The notes beneath the pieces are model-generated. The model saw nothing but the letters and a program-made list of their open reading frames with translations. It had not been told where the DNA came from and did no database searches. A DNA stretch of 63,661 bases, filler included, from Syncephalis fuscata S228 (Eukaryota; Fungi; Zoopagomycota), in NCBI GenBank assembly GCA_025786725.1. It is 3 parts of 3 records of this genome, joined end to end, with 100 filler letters (N's around TTAATTAATTAA, not from the genome) between each part and the next. Parts side by side here need not be neighbours in the genome. Positions count along the whole stretch, not along the records: positions 19,692 to 41,282 come from JAHLTZ010000151.1; positions 41,383 to 63,661 come from JAHLTZ010000143.1; 1 more part is not named here. The stretch is one strand, 5' to 3'. A program made the translations under genes and the position numbers. This document shows positions 38,301 to 51,790 of the stretch, piece by piece (the first letter of the stretch is position 1; each line of letters starts with the position of its first letter).

Positions 38301-41260
38301 CGTCGTCGATTCTGTTCAGCCATGGTGCCTGCAGTTATCATACGGCCTTCTAGCAAGTCACCGACACCATCGTCACTACTAGATGGAATATCCGGTGAAG
38401 AGGGTGGACTATGTGGATCTGCTTCACTTGACGATTCAATTAATAGTTTGGGTGGAGCAGATGTGCCATTCGTAGGGGTGGTATGAAGACGAGGTGGACG
38501 GACAGTAACTGCCGGTGGTGCAATTGATTCAGATAATGGCGGCAGTGTCTTTTGTCCTTTAATTCGATGTGAAAAGCTTGTGCCTAATAAATGTATACAG
38601 TTATATAGTTATATAGTTATTAGTATTAATGAATATATTAACGTATAACATTAACCACTTACCAAAAGATGATGAAAATAGTGAAATCTTATTGTCACCC
38701 ATCTCTAAAAAGGCTTGACCATGGCTGCCTTCAGGTAAATTCATACACCATAAATCTTTAAAGCCACCTTCATCACTTCCTGATGGTAACCAGTGGATGA
38801 CTTTAAGAGCATAATCAAGTAGAACACGTTGTTGATTACTAATAGCAAATATTGCTATTAATAACCATGTAAATGATATATTATACTACTTACTTTAATT
38901 GTGTTTCAACTTGTTCTTGCACACCACGCCAGATATTAAGCATAGCATCACGGGCCCGTGTTAATTGTTCACGGAACTCTGTGGCATCTGGATGGACGGC
39001 ATGAGCAGTGTACATTAGTGGATAACGTGGATGAAGGCCACTTGAAATAGAATAGTCGGCCTATAATACAATAATATTAATACGCAAATTCATCAATATC
39101 TATGTTGTGACTTACTTGAAGGGCCAATGCTAACTGATTAACAAGTGGTTCTTTACCCGGCGATGTATGGGTAACTAGTAGTCGTACTTCAGCTGGATTG
39201 GCTACTCGGCTTGCCGTTTCCATCAATTCACCCAATTGTAATAAAGAGGTCCACATCATACCGCCACCACCGGCATCGTACCCGCACAAGCTATAACATA
39301 CTATTAGTACCCACCAACAACAATTACCGATAACTACTTACCGTCACCGTGATCAAATAGTTTGTGACGAATAATGGATCCACCTAGACCCAATAGACGC
39401 AGATGTAGACCACCTAAATCAACTAAATGGGTATTGATTTCATCTAGTATCTTTAGATTTTTAACAATATAGCCTCCAGATCTAAACTTTTCTAGCACAG
39501 CAATATCTTCACAGGCACCCCATGCCACATAGACGGGACGACGGAATCGACGACGACCAGAAATATAATCGGTTAATTGAGATAGTTGAAATGGTTGACT
39601 TGCTTGTAGTTGCGCCCGTACCAAATCCGGTGACAGCTTCAACATCTCCACTCGTGTATTATTTGCTAGAAGTGGCGATGATTGCACCAAATACCGAATT
39701 GTACGATAATCAACTCTGTCAAGACTTTCTGGCACAAAGAAGCCAAAATCACCCGTATGAATGACTGCCGCCGCATTTACTCGATCGGCCAGTTCATCAA
39801 TCAGCGATAAATTACCGCGGATATCTGCTAGACATAGAATACGTGCATTGCCTGATGTACCAATAATTGATGCTGATATATCAGCGCCATTAGACAGTGT
39901 TATGGTGGAGTTACGTATGTCATTGCCATTGACGGTAGCCGGAGATGCACTGGCCCGTTCACCATTCATCGCATTACCGCTTGATAGTGGTGGCATGGCA
40001 TCTGATGCACCATGTGTCGATCCAGGTGATAAACGACGTGGTGCTGGTCGAGGTTCAGGTGGATATTCTTCATATTCACGATGCGCTGGATAGCTATACT
40101 CATCGTTGGCTGTATTGTTCATTTCATCCATCACAGGACGTGAATACGCAGTGCCGGATGAATGGCCAGATTCGCCCCAATCAGCAGGCATTGAGTTGTC
40201 ACGGGTATAATTGGCACCATGTGCATCATTATGACGCCAATGGTTTGTATGTGATGGATCTGGCATACGTCGAGGTGAGTCAACGGGTAGATCATGCGTT
40301 GAATGGCCAATTTGTTCTGACATAGCAAATGATGTATGGCGTGAATGACCATTCGTACGTGGTGCGTAGCCAGTCCGTGTGGAATGGTAGGACATACTAG
40401 GTGAGATAGAGCGATGAATGGCTGCACCAGCGGCTGCTGCAGCTGATCGACGGCTTACTAAATAGTAACGCTCACCGTCTGTCGCCATTCTTGACCGGCG
40501 TGATAGTGGCGGTGGTTGAGGGAATACACCCATCGATACAGGTCGTGGACGAGTACTACTACCACCCCACCACTGCCGGGTAACATGGAAGTAGTATGCA
40601 TACGCGATGATACTTCTTGACCATGGCGTGACTGTCCTGAATAATGATCATAACGATAAACAGGTACTGGACCATAACGTGGATCATGGTCATACCGACT
40701 GGATGCATGCCGACTGGATGCATGGCGTGGCATGTCTAGATCATCGCGCGACCATTCTCCAGGCCGTCCAGGACCGCTGGACTTGCTGGATAGGCTGGCG
40801 CATGTCCATGTCGTGACGATGATATATATTGCTGTCGTGGTTGACGATAAGCAACTGAGGTGCGTGTACTTGCTGATGATACATAGCCATCTTCATAATA
40901 GGCGGGACGGGCCCGTATATTGGCTTCGTCGTAGTAATCACGCTGACGAGCCATAGCCGCATTCTCTTGTACTACTGAGTAGGAGAGGTACGGCGCATGC
41001 CAACTTGTTCATAATTAGAAGGAGAATCGATAGCGGCCGTATTTGGATGGATGGCTGCAGCAGCCGGTGTGGTCGTGCTAATGCTTGCTGGCGCATTGAA
41101 CGAGTGCCCGACGGATACCGACGTGCCTGCATGTCGTCTTCGGGCCAGCCTAAATGATATAAATGATATAAAAGATATAAAAAGATATAAAAGATATGTT
41201 TGATATATAAGTAATATTGGATTGTATATTGATAGTTACTTGCCAGCAGTTCTTGCCACA
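32305..41260 (-). CDS. Large protein: calcineurin-like metallophosphoesterase (DUF2433-like) domain followed by about five RRM domains and low-complexity/polyQ linkers
   Basis: RILCLADIRGN..VIHTGDFGF..VYVAWGACED..LVTHTSPGKE (38600-39850). RRM motifs LWMGGL..RQFCFVNF, VWLGGL..RPFCFVDF, LWLGGF..RAFCFVEF, LWIGNF..RPFCFVEF and a degenerate ICVKGL..ICYVEF. Many introns and several 1-nt frameshifts. The start may lie in the gap. Confidence 0.82.
35739..35826 (-). repeat. CAG/CAA polyglutamine tract (~29 Q)
   Basis: tgc/tgt run, in frame with ORF 35493-36164. Confidence 0.95.
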
Positions 41261-41282
41261 CGATGTTCCATAGTTAACGAAT

Positions 41283-41381
41283 NNNNNNNNNNNNNNNNNN
41301 NNNNNNNNNNNNNNNNNNNNNNNNNNTTAATTAATTAANNNNNNNNNNNNNNNNNNNNNNNNNNNNNNNNNNNNNNNNNNN
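41283..41381. other. Assembly gap
   Basis: N run with a ttaattaattaa marker. Confidence 0.99.
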
Positions 41382-44300
41382 NGTGTCATCTCGACGTCGT
41401 TGGTTAGCATATTGTGCCTGTCTATCCTGAGCGTACGATATGTTGTCTTTTACCGCCTTTTGTATCGCTTCTAGTCGCTGTAAAAACTCCTCAGCTGCTG
41501 GTACTGTTATATTATCGCTATCAGCTGGCATAGTCGTTGTTATTGGATGACGTCCATATACAGAGAAGAAAGGTGTAATACCAGTAGTAGCGTTAGTACT
41601 ATGTTATAGGCAAATTCTAATGCAGGTAAGTATTTATCCCAATCATCTTGTTGTTGGCTAATAACATGACGTAACATTTCTTCGATGGTTCTGTTGGTTC
41701 GCTCAGTCTGGCCGTCAGTCTGTGGATGATTTGCAGTTGATCTGGCTAATTTAGTACCGGTAAATTCAAATAAGGCTTCCCAGAATCGGCTAGTAAATCG
41801 TGGGTCACGATCAGAGATTATGGATCGTGGAAGACCATGTAGACGATATACATGGTCGAAGTATAGTCGTGCGGTGTCAACAGCTGTGACAGTGTTGGTA
41901 GTAGGCACGAAGTGGGCTTGTTTACTAAAGCGGTCAACTACTACCATTAACGCATCTGCACCTTTTTCAGTGAGTGGTAGATGTGTAATAAAATCCATAC
42001 TAACTGAGTCCCATGCATGTGCAGGTATTTCAAGTGGTTGTAATAAGCCACCTGGTCGTCGATTAGTGGCCTTATTACGTTGGCAAGTATCGCAGGAAGT
42101 GACATAGCGGTGGACGGTGTTGTGTAGTGATGGCCAGTAAAAATGGCGATGAATAGCCAGGTATGTTTTATCTACACCTAGATGGCCGGCTACGATGGCA
42201 TCGTGATGATCGTGTAGTATATCTTGACGTAATTGGTTATTTTTAGGTACACATAATCGATCACCGTTGAAATATAACAATCCATCAGTTAGTCGATACT
42301 TGACTAACTTGGTACGAAGAGCTGGAAGTGGCGTTGTCGTATTAAGCTGGGCGTATATTTCACCAAAGTCAACATCGTTGGCGTACAAGTTTTTAATTTG
42401 ATCAATATATGTAAAACTGACAGTAGTTAAACTGGACAGTTGTAAATCAGGCCGTCTGGATAATGAATCGGCTACAATATTGTTTTTCCCGGGCTTATAT
42501 TCGATCAATACGTCATATTCTTGTAATAGTTCTGACCATCTTGCTTGTCTGGTTGATAAATTCGGTTGACTCTGGAAGTACTGCAAGGTTTTATGGTCAG
42601 TATACGCGTGAAATGACGATCCATGTAAGTAGTGGCGCCAAATCTTTAAAGCATCTATTAATGCTAATAGTTCTTGTTCATGTACCGGATAATTGCGTTC
42701 AGCGGGCTTCATTTTGCGCGAATGATAAGCAATGGGGTGCCAATGGCCATCACGATCTTGCTGCAACAAGGCAGCACCTACAGCAAAGCCAGAAGCATCG
42801 GTTTCTACACGGAAAGGCTGATGTACGTCGACTATTTGTAATACTGGAGCTTGGGTCATTGTCTTCTTTAGTATATCAAATGATTTTTGAGCTTCAATGG
42901 TCCATAAGAAACGACGATCTTGACATAGTAGATCGGTAAGTGGTGTGGCTATAGCAGAGTAATTTTTAATAAACTTTCTATAGTAGTTGGCCAAGCCTGT
43001 AAAAGCGCGTATATCAGTGACGTTTCGTGGTGTAGGCCAATCAGAAATGGCCTTTATCTTAGCTGGATCAGCTTTTACACCATTAGCACATAGCAAATGG
43101 CCTAAATATTCAACTTCATCCTTAAATAATTCACATTTTGACCATTTGGCGTATAAGTGGTTGTCGCGAGTATTTGTAATACTTGGCGTAGGTGTCGTTC
43201 GTGTCTTCTGGTGTTTTACTGTAGATGAGAATATCGTCCAAATAGACAATAACACATTTGTCTAGTAATGGCCTAAATAGATAGTTTACCAGTGTTTGAA
43301 AACTGGATGGTGCATTACTTTGACCAAAACTAACTACTAGCCATTCAAAGTGACCATAGCGGGTGCGAAAGGCCGTCTTGGGTATATCCTCTTCTACTAC
43401 ACGTAGTTGATGATAAGCAGAGCGTAGATCTATCTTAGAAAAGACAGTTGCGCCTAACACTTGGTCGAATAAATCTTCAATCCTTGGCAATGGGTACTTG
43501 TTCTTGATAGTGATTTTATTCAGCGCTCGATAATCAACACACATGCGCATACCACCATCTTTCTTCTTGACGAAAAGAACAGGCGCACCGTAGGGCGATA
43601 TACTAGGACGAATATATCCCGCGTCAAGTAATTCGGTAAGTTGTGTTTTAAGTTCTTTAAGTTCCAGAGGGGACAATCGGTATAAGGCGTTACTGGGTGG
43701 TGTTGCGCCTGGTATCAAATCGATACGATGATCTAATCCATCACGTTTTGGCGGCAATTGTTTCGGTAGTTTGTCGGGAAATACGTCAGCAAAGTCGTTG
43801 CGTAATCCAGTCAATACTGGAGTGATGGATGGGTCATTTGAGTGATTAGCAGCTTCATTTAGCGGATTATCGGCTGGTCGTACAATGGCTAGGTGTAATT
43901 CATCTGTTCGTTTAGCATAGCGTTTAAATTGTAAGGCAGATAATGGCAATATGGTTGGTTGTCTATGTGCATTTGCTTGCCATACAATGTGTCGATTATC
44001 ATGCATAAACGTAACAGTGTTAATTAACCAATCTATCTGTGGATTATAGCGGGCTAGCCACGGTTTACCGAGTATTACGTCGTGTTCTAAAGGAACAACC
44101 AAAAACGATAAACGGTCTTTGTAACCAGTGGAAGTAAGGAGCGCACCAGCCAGTTGGCGGTCACACGTATACGAACGGCCATCTGCCACGTGTACGGTCG
44201 ATGGGTATTTAACTTTATGGGTGTGTGCGCGAATATGTTTCACAAGATTTGCGGATACAAAGTTATCAGCTGCTCCACTATCTATTAGTACCGTAACTTT

Positions 44301-44549
44301 TCTACCTAATAAACGAGCATTGATACGTAATAAATCGTGAGCGTGTGGATATTTTGACAATAAACTTTGTTCCTTTAAAAGTGCATCAGTGTCATCAACA
44401 ACATTAGCATGAGGAAATAATGGCGCAGAAACAAGCAATTCATCATCAGAAGTAAGCGAGAGAAGATCGGGGGTGGCATCAACAGAAATAGTATTTAGTT
44501 GGGCACCAGTAGGTTGTGATGCTGACACTACTGGTGCTGGACTTTTCCC
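41382..44549 (-). CDS. pol: Pol polyprotein, copy A (1-nt frameshifts near 43170-43200 and 41590)
   Basis: LIDSGA protease, YLDD RT, TDAS RNase H, HHCC plus DFIT/SDRD/TE integrase. Confidence 0.95.
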
Positions 44550-45726
44550 GTATTCAAAGGACAAAAACGCATGATGTGGCCATATTGGCGACAGCGGAAA
44601 CAGCCGCCGTTTTGTCGTAACGTTTCGCGTTCAGCATCAGTGAGTGGGGTAACCGATTAATGGTGTCTAGTTCCATTGGTATAGGGCCATTTCTTGGTTG
44701 TGTGTTAATCGGAGGGCGAAACTGTTGTTGTTGCGTTGGACGAGGTGTGTTATGGCGAACGTTGTTAGTTGATGATTTGCCAATGTACTTGCGTAACGAA
44801 TCAAAATGAGTAGCCACTTCTATGGCTGATTGTAATGTAGACGGTGTAGCTTTTTGTACTTCGTATTTAACTTCGTGATTCAGTCCATTAATAAACATAA
44901 TACGTAAAGCTAACTGCCACATTTCGGAATCAGGCATAGGAAAAGTGTGCCTTAAATTGTTAAATTCTAACGTATAATCATTGACACTTTTGTTGGCTTG
45001 TCGTAACATGTGAAGACGACTAAAAGCGTCTTCTTCTACCGAAGTACCGGGACAGATGTGTTGGCGTAGTGCGTGAGCAAACGCACTCCAAGTGGTATAT
45101 GGATGACTATAGTCACCGTCAGAGTGAATAGTATTACTCTGCCACCAACTAGAGGCAGTGCCATCTAAATAAGTGGCGGCTACTTCGATGCGTTCAATTT
45201 CATCAGGGATATACCTGACATATTGCCGTGCACGGTACAACCAAGTCTCTACTGAAATATCCTTATCATTGCCGTTGTATCGTGGCGGGGCAGATGGACG
45301 AGCAGTAGGAGGGGCAGTGACAGAAGTAGATGGAATAGCGGCAATAGCAGCGGCAGTATTGGCAGCGGCAGTAACAACAGCATCGGCAGTAGCAGCATTA
45401 TTTTGGGACACAATTTGCGTTACCAAACTTGAAATAAAGTCAGCGTTGGTAACGAAACTTGTGTTAGGCAATTCTGGGTTCATAATGGGTGTTATTTCTT
45501 CTTGAGTATCAGTAGTGTATTCGTTCGTGTGGCTTGTGATCGGTGGTTCGTACTGGGTATCGGTGTATTCGTTCGTGTGGCTTGTGATCGGTGGTTCGTA
45601 CTGGTTATCTGGGTATCGAAAGGTTACTGGTGGATCTTGGATGAGTTCGTCGGCGAAAGATTGACGGGCTTGTTCGTGGTCGAAGTATTTCGCACCACGT
45701 CGTTGGTTCATATCACTGTAAGTCAA
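44528..45726 (-). CDS. gag: Gag, copy A (1-nt deletion near 44648 relative to copy B)
   Basis: Retrotransposon gag motifs ([23 protein letters not shown]). The CCHC knuckle falls in the shifted frame. Confidence 0.92.
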
Positions 45727-45768
45727 GGCAACGAGGTGGATAGGTTTAAACTACCCGTTGCTACCATA

Positions 45769-46106
45769 TGTAACCGTAGATACAGCGAACTGTTGCGGTT
45801 ACTACGAGTCACAATACAATAATGTATATAAAATAAAAATGAATATTGAAAGTGAACTAATGTCTTTATTTGTGGTCATAATCATACGCGTATTTATATT
45901 GTTCTATTGGATATATGGAATATCTAAGTAGAACAATAAAAGAAAATAAAATAAAAATAAAAGAAAATAAAAGATAAAGATAAAACAATACGCGGTGGCG
46001 GAGTGTTAACTTCATCGTGGACCATGTGTGATGATCGGTGTGTTTAAACACCGATCATAATGTCTAAAAATGGTAATAATAAATGAGAGGGAGAATTTTT
46101 GTTACA
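45769..46106 (-). repeat. Family 1 LTR (338 bp)
   Basis: TGTAAC..GTTACA termini. Matches 49720-50057 and, inverted, 63180-63524. Confidence 0.97.
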
Positions 46107-48499
46107 AGGTATGTTTTATCTACACCTAGATGGCCGGCTACGATGGCATCGTGATGATCGTGTAGTATATCTTGACGTAATTGGTTATTTTTAGGTACAC
46201 ATAATCGATCACCGTTGAAATATAACAATCCATCAGTTAGTCGATACTTGACTAACTTGGTACGAAGAGCTGGAAGTGGCGTTGTCGTATTAAGCTGGGC
46301 GTATATTTCACCAAAGTCAACATCGTTGGCGTACAAGTTTTTAATTTGATCAATATATGTAAAACTGACAGTAGTTAAACTGGACAGTTGTAAATCAGGC
46401 CGTCTGGATAATGAATCGGCTACAATATTGTTTTTCCCGGGCTTATATTCGATCAATACGTCATATTCTTGTAATAGTTCTGACCATCTTGCTTGTCTGG
46501 TTGATAAATTCGGTTGACTCTGGAAGTACTGCAAGGTTTTATGGTCAGTATACGCGTGAAATGACGATCCATGTAAGTAGTGGCGCCAAATCTTTAAAGC
46601 ATCTATTAATGCTAATAGTTCTTGTTCATGTACCGGATAATTGCGTTCAGCGGGCTTCATTTTGCGCGAATGATAAGCAATGGGGTGCCAATGGCCATCA
46701 CGATCTTGCTGCAACAAGGCAGCACCTACAGCAAAGCCAGAAGCATCGGTTTCTACACGGAAAGGCTGATGTACGTCGACTATTTGTAATACTGGAGCTT
46801 GGGTCATTGTCTTCTTTAGTATATCAAATGATTTTTGAGCTTCAATGGTCCATAAGAAACGACGATCTTGACATAGTAGATCGGTAAGTGGTGTGGCTAT
46901 AGCAGAGTAATTTTTAATAAACTTTCTATAGTAGTTGGCCAAGCCTGTAAAAGCGCGTATATCAGTGACGTTTCGTGGTGTAGGCCAATCAGAAATGGCC
47001 TTTATCTTAGCTGGATCAGCTTTTACACCATTAGCACATAGCAAATGGCCTAAATATTCAACTTCATCCTTAAATAATTCACATTTTGACCATTTGGCGT
47101 ATAAGTGGTTGTCGCGAAGTATTTGTAATACTTGGCGTAGGTGTCGTTCGTGGTCTTCTGGTGTTTTACTGTAGATGAGAATATCGTCCAAATAGACAAT
47201 AACACATTTGTCTAGTAATGGCCTAAATAGATAGTTTACCAGTGTTTGAAAACTGGATGGTGCATTACTTTGACCAAAACTAACTACTAGCCATTCAAAG
47301 TGACCATAGCGGGTGCGAAAGGCCGTCTTGGGTATATCCTCTTCTACTACACGTAGTTGATGATAAGCAGAGCGTAGATCTATCTTAGAAAAGACAGTTG
47401 CGCCTAACACTTGGTCGAATAAATCTTCAATCCTTGGCAATGGGTACTTGTTCTTGATAGTGATTTTATTCAGCGCTCGATAATCAACACACATGCGCAT
47501 CCCACCATCTTTCTTCTTGACGAAAAGAACAGGCGCACCGTAGGGCGATATACTAGGACGAATATATCCCGCGTCAAGTAATTCGGTAAGTTGTGTTTTA
47601 AGTTCTTTAAGTTCCAGAGGGGACAATCGGTATAAGGCGTTACTGGGTGGTGTTGCGCCTGGTATCAAATCGATACGATGATCTAATCCATCACGTTTTG
47701 GCGGCAATTGTTTCGGTAGTTTGTCGGGAAATACGTCAGCAAAGTCGTTGCGTAATCCAGTCAATACTGGAGTGATGGATGGGTCATTTGAGTGATTAGC
47801 AGCTTCATTTAGCGGATTATCGGCTGGTCGTACAATGGCTAGGTGTAATTCATCTGTTCGTTTAGCATAGCGTTTAAATTGTAAGGCAGATAATGGCAAT
47901 ATGGTTGGTTGTCTATGTGCATTTGCTTGCCATACAATGTGTCGATTATCATGCATAAACGTAACAGTGTTAATTAACCAATCTATCTGTGGATTATAGC
48001 GGGCTAGCCACGGTTTACCGAGTATTACGTCGTGTTCTAAAGGAACAACCAAAAACGATAAACGGTCTTTGTAACCAGTGGAAGTAAGGAGCGCACCAGC
48101 CAGTTGGCGGTCACACGTATACGAACGGCCATCTGCCACGTGTACGGTCGATGGGTATTTAACTTTATGGGTGTGTGCGCGAATATGTTTCACAAGATTT
48201 GCGGATACAAAGTTATCAGCTGCTCCACTATCTATTAGTACCGTAACTTTTCTACCTAATAAACGAGCATTGATACGTAATAAATCGTGAGCGTGTGGAT
48301 ATTTTGACAATAAACTTTGTTCCTTTAAAAGTGCATCAGTGTCATCAACAACATTAGCATGAGGAAATAATGGCGCAGAAACAAGCAATTCATCATCAGA
48401 AGTAAGCGAGAGAAGATCGGGGGTGGCATCAACAGAAATAGTATTTAGTTGGGCACCAGTAGGTTGTGATGCTGACGCTACTGGTGCTGGACTTTTCCC
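46107..48499 (-). CDS. pol: Pol polyprotein, copy B (PR-RT-RH, start of IN)
   Basis: Uninterrupted ORF with LIDSGA, YLDD and TDAS. Confidence 0.96.
48453..48499 (-). promoter_or_regulatory. -1 ribosomal frameshift signal, family 1 (also at 44503-44549)
   Basis: G GGA AAA slippery heptamer at the gag/pol overlap, followed 5 nt later by the 10-bp stem GCACCAGTAG/CTACTGGTGC. Confidence 0.8.
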
Positions 48500-49677
48500 G
48501 TATTCAAAGGACAAAAACGCATGATGTGGCCATATTGGCGACAGCGGAAACAGCCGCCGTTTTGTCGTAACGTTTCGCGTTCAGCATCAGTGAGTGGGGG
48601 TAACCGATTAATGGTGTCTAGTTCCATTGGTATAGGGCCATTTCTTGGTTGTGTGTTAATCGGAGGGCGAAACTGTTGTTGTTGCGTTGGACGAGGTGTG
48701 TTATGGCGAACGTTGTTAGTTGATGATTTGCCAATGTACTTGCGTAACGAATCAAAATGAGTAGCCACTTCTATGGCTGATTGTAATGTAGACGGTGTAG
48801 CTTTTTGTACTTCGTATTTAACTTCGTGATTCAGTCCATTAATAAACATAATACGTAAAGCTAACTGCCACATTTCGGAATCAGGCATAGGAAAAGTGTG
48901 CCTTAAATTGTTAAATTCTAACGTATAATCATTGACACTTTTGTTGGCTTGTCGTAACATGTGAAGACGACTAAAAGCGTCTTCTTCTACCGAAGTACCG
49001 GGACAGATGTGTTGGCGTAGTGCGTGAGCAAACGCACTCCAAGTGGTATATGGATGACTATAGTCACCGTCAGAGTGAATAGTATTACTCTGCCACCAAC
49101 TAGAGGCAGTGCCATCTAAATAAGTGGCGGCTACTTCGATGCGTTCAATTTCATCAGGGATATACCTGACATATTGCCGTGCACGGTACAACCAAGTCTC
49201 TACTGAAATATCCTTATCATTGCCGTTGTATCGTGGCGGGGCAGATGGACGAGCAGTAGGAGGGGCAGTGACAGAAGTAGATGGAATAGCGGCAATAGCA
49301 GCGGCAGTATTGGCAGCGGCAGTAACAACAGCATCGGCAGTAGCAGCATTATTTTGGGACACAATTTGCGTTACCAAACTTGAAATAAAGTCAGCGTTGG
49401 TAACGAAACTTGTGTTAGGCAATTCTGGGTTCATAATGGGTGTTATTTCTTCTTGAGTATCAGTAGTGTATTCGTTCGTGTGGCTTGTGATCGGTGGTTC
49501 GTACTGGGTATCGGTGTATTCGTTCGTGTGGCTTGTGATCGGTGGTTCGTACTGGTTATCTGGGTATCGAAAGGTTACTGGTGGATCTTGGATGAGTTCG
49601 TCGGCGAAAGATTGACGGGCTTGTTCGTGGTCGAAGTATTTCGCACCACGTCGTTGGTTCATATCACTGTAAGTCAA
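48478..49677 (-). CDS. gag: Gag, copy B
   Basis: 399-aa ORF with [14 protein letters not shown] zinc knuckle. Confidence 0.95.
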   Translation of the reverse strand: MTYSDMNQRRGAKYFDHEQARQSFADELIQDPPVTFRYPDNQYEPPITSHTNEYTDTQYEPPITSHTNEYTTDTQEEITPIMNPELPNTSFVTNADFISSLVTQIVSQNNAATADAVVTAAANTAAAIAAIPSTSVTAPPTARPSAPPRYNGNDKDISVETWLYRARQYVRYIPDEIERIEVAATYLDGTASSWWQSNTIHSDGDYSHPYTTWSAFAHALRQHICPGTSVEEDAFSRLHMLRQANKSVNDYTLEFNNLRHTFPMPDSEMWQLALRIMFINGLNHEVKYEVQKATPSTLQSAIEVATHFDSLRKYIGKSSTNNVRHNTPRPTQQQQFRPPINTQPRNGPIPMELDTINRLPPLTDAERETLRQNGGCFRCRQYGHIMRFCPLNTGKVQHQ

Positions 49678-49698
49678 GGCAACGAGGTGGATAGGTTT

Positions 49699-49717
49699 AA
49701 ACTACCCGTTGCTACCA
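49699..49717 (-). promoter_or_regulatory. Primer binding site, initiator tRNA-Met type (also 45748-45766 -, 59358-59375 +, 63527-63545 +)
   Basis: TGGTAGCAACGGGTAGTT(T) lies 1-2 nt inside each 5' LTR. TGGTAGC..GTTT matches the eukaryotic iMet tRNA 3' end pattern. Confidence 0.85.
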
Positions 49718-49719
49718 TA

Positions 49720-50057
49720 TGTAACCGTAGATACAGCGAACTGTTGCGGTTACTACGAGTCACAATACAATAATGTATATAAAATAAAAATGAATATTGA
49801 AAGTGAACTAATGTCTTTATTTGTGGTCATAATCATACGCGTATTTATATTGTTCTATTGGATATATGGAATATCTAAGTAGAACAATAAAAGAAAATAA
49901 AATAAAAATAAAAGAAAATAAAAGATAAAGATAAAACAATACGCGGTGGCGGAGTGTTAACTTCATCGTGGACCATGTGTGATGATCGGTGTGTTTAAAC
50001 ACCGATCATAATGTCTAAAAATGGTAATAATAAATGAGAGGGAGAATTTTTGTTACA
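49720..50057 (-). repeat. Family 1 LTR (338 bp)
   Basis: TG..CA termini. Appears identical to 45769-46106. Confidence 0.97.
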
Positions 50058-50589
50058 GTGTTTAGCTACTGTAGTAGCATATAGTAGCACTCTGTACTGG
50101 CCATACAGCAGTGCCATTATATGCACTGCCTGTAAACACCTGCTAGCACGATGTTGCATTGGCAGCTCTTCTTCTCTTTCCCTTTTCACTTTTAACAAAC
50201 CACTTACCGGTCCTTCTTTATGATACACTGATTATGCAATGGTAAGTAACTAACTTAAATCAGTCACTAACTCTGCATATAATGCTTTAGATTTACAAAC
50301 CATCAAGTATCAAGTTCAAGGGCAATGGCGATTAGTGTGTTAGCGGCCGGCTACCAAACAATATAACAACCAATGTTATATTGATGACTTTAGATTTAGA
50401 TTACTAACTTACTAACCTGTATTGATAATTACAAATTTATATCATAAATAAAAATCACCAAATTGTTTTAGTGTGCTAGCGGCCGGCTACACAACATTGC
50501 AACATACTAACTTTATACATATATTGTTTTAAATTTTAGATACCGGACACTAACACTAACATTTATTGATTATTATAGATTTTAGATAG

Positions 50590-51790
50590 CTGGACACCAG
50601 TACCAACACCGGCATCAACACCAGCACCAGTACCAACACCGGCACCAACACCAGTACCAACACCGGCATCAGCACCAACATCAACACTAGCACCAGCACC
50701 AACACCAGCATCAGCACCAACATCGACACCAGCACCAACACCAGCATCAGCACCAACATCGACACCAACACCAACATCAGCACCAGCACCAGCACCAGCA
50801 CCAGCACCAGCACCAACACCGGCATCAGCACCAACATCAACACCAGCATCAGCACCAGCACCAACACCAGCATCAGCACCAACACCAACATCGACACCAG
50901 CACCAGCACCAGTACCAGCACCGGCATCAGCACCAACACCAGCATCGGCATCAACACCAACACCAACACCAGCATCAGCATCAGCATCAGCACCAACACC
51001 AGTACCAGCATCAGCACCAGCACCAACACCAACACCAGCACCAGCACCAACATCGACACCAGCACCAGCACCAGTACCAGCACCGGCATCAGCACCAACA
51101 CCAACACCGGCATCAGCATCAGCATCAGCATCAGCACCAGCACCAACACCAGCATCAGCACCAGCATCAACACCAGCACCAACATCAACACCAGCATCAG
51201 CACCAGCACCAACATCAACACCAGCATCAGCACCAGCACCAACATCAACACCAGCATCAGCACCAGCACCAACATCAACACCAACACCAGCACCAGCATC
51301 AGCACCAACATCAACACCAGCATTGGCATCAGCATCAGCATCAGCATCAGCACCAGCACCAACACCAGCATCAGCACCAGCATCACACCAGCACCAACAT
51401 CAACACCAGCATCAGCACCAGCACCAACATCAACACCAGCATCAGCACCAGCTCCAACATCAACACCAGCATCAGCACCAGCACCAACATCAACACCAAC
51501 ACCAGCACCAGCATCAGCACCAGCACCAACATCAACACCAGCATTGGCACCAGCACCGGCATCAGCACCAACACCAACACCGACATCAGCACCAGCACCA
51601 GTACCAGCATCAGCACCAACACCAACACCAGCATCAGCATCAACACCAACACCAGCATCAACACCAGTACTAGCACCAGCGCCGGCATCAGTACTAGCAC
51701 CAGTACCGGCATCAGTATCAACACCAACACCAGTACCGGCACCAACATCGGCACCGGCACCAACACCAGTAACAATATTAACATTGGCAT
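50590..51790 (+). repeat. Hexamer minisatellite (cagcac/caacac/cagcat/cggcat)
   Basis: 6-bp period that reads PAPTPASA, HQHQ or TSTS on the plus strand. Confidence 0.95.

Larger units (their letters stand above)
41382..46106 (-). mobile_element. Ty3/Gypsy LTR retrotransposon, family 1 copy A (3' end in the gap), inserted in the integrase of copy B
   Basis: 5' LTR 45769-46106 (TGTAAC..GTTACA), PBS, gag and pol in the order PR-RT-RH-IN. Confidence 0.97.
46107..50057 (-). mobile_element. Ty3/Gypsy family 1 copy B, interrupted inside integrase by copy A
   Basis: 5' LTR 49720-50057 and intact gag and pol up to [10 protein letters not shown], where the copy A LTR begins. Confidence 0.97.

Noticed and set aside
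1530-41150. Programmed frameshifts or pseudogenisation in WDR48, EMC1 and the RRM gene
   Set aside because: Scattered 1-nt deletions also distinguish otherwise identical Gypsy copies (for example gggg vs ggggg at 44645/48596), which points to sequencing or consensus errors.
45769-50057. A complete element bounded by LTRs 45769-46106 and 49720-50057
   Set aside because: Both LTRs are followed by a PBS and gag, and the left one cuts integrase mid-domain, so both are 5' LTRs of nested copies.
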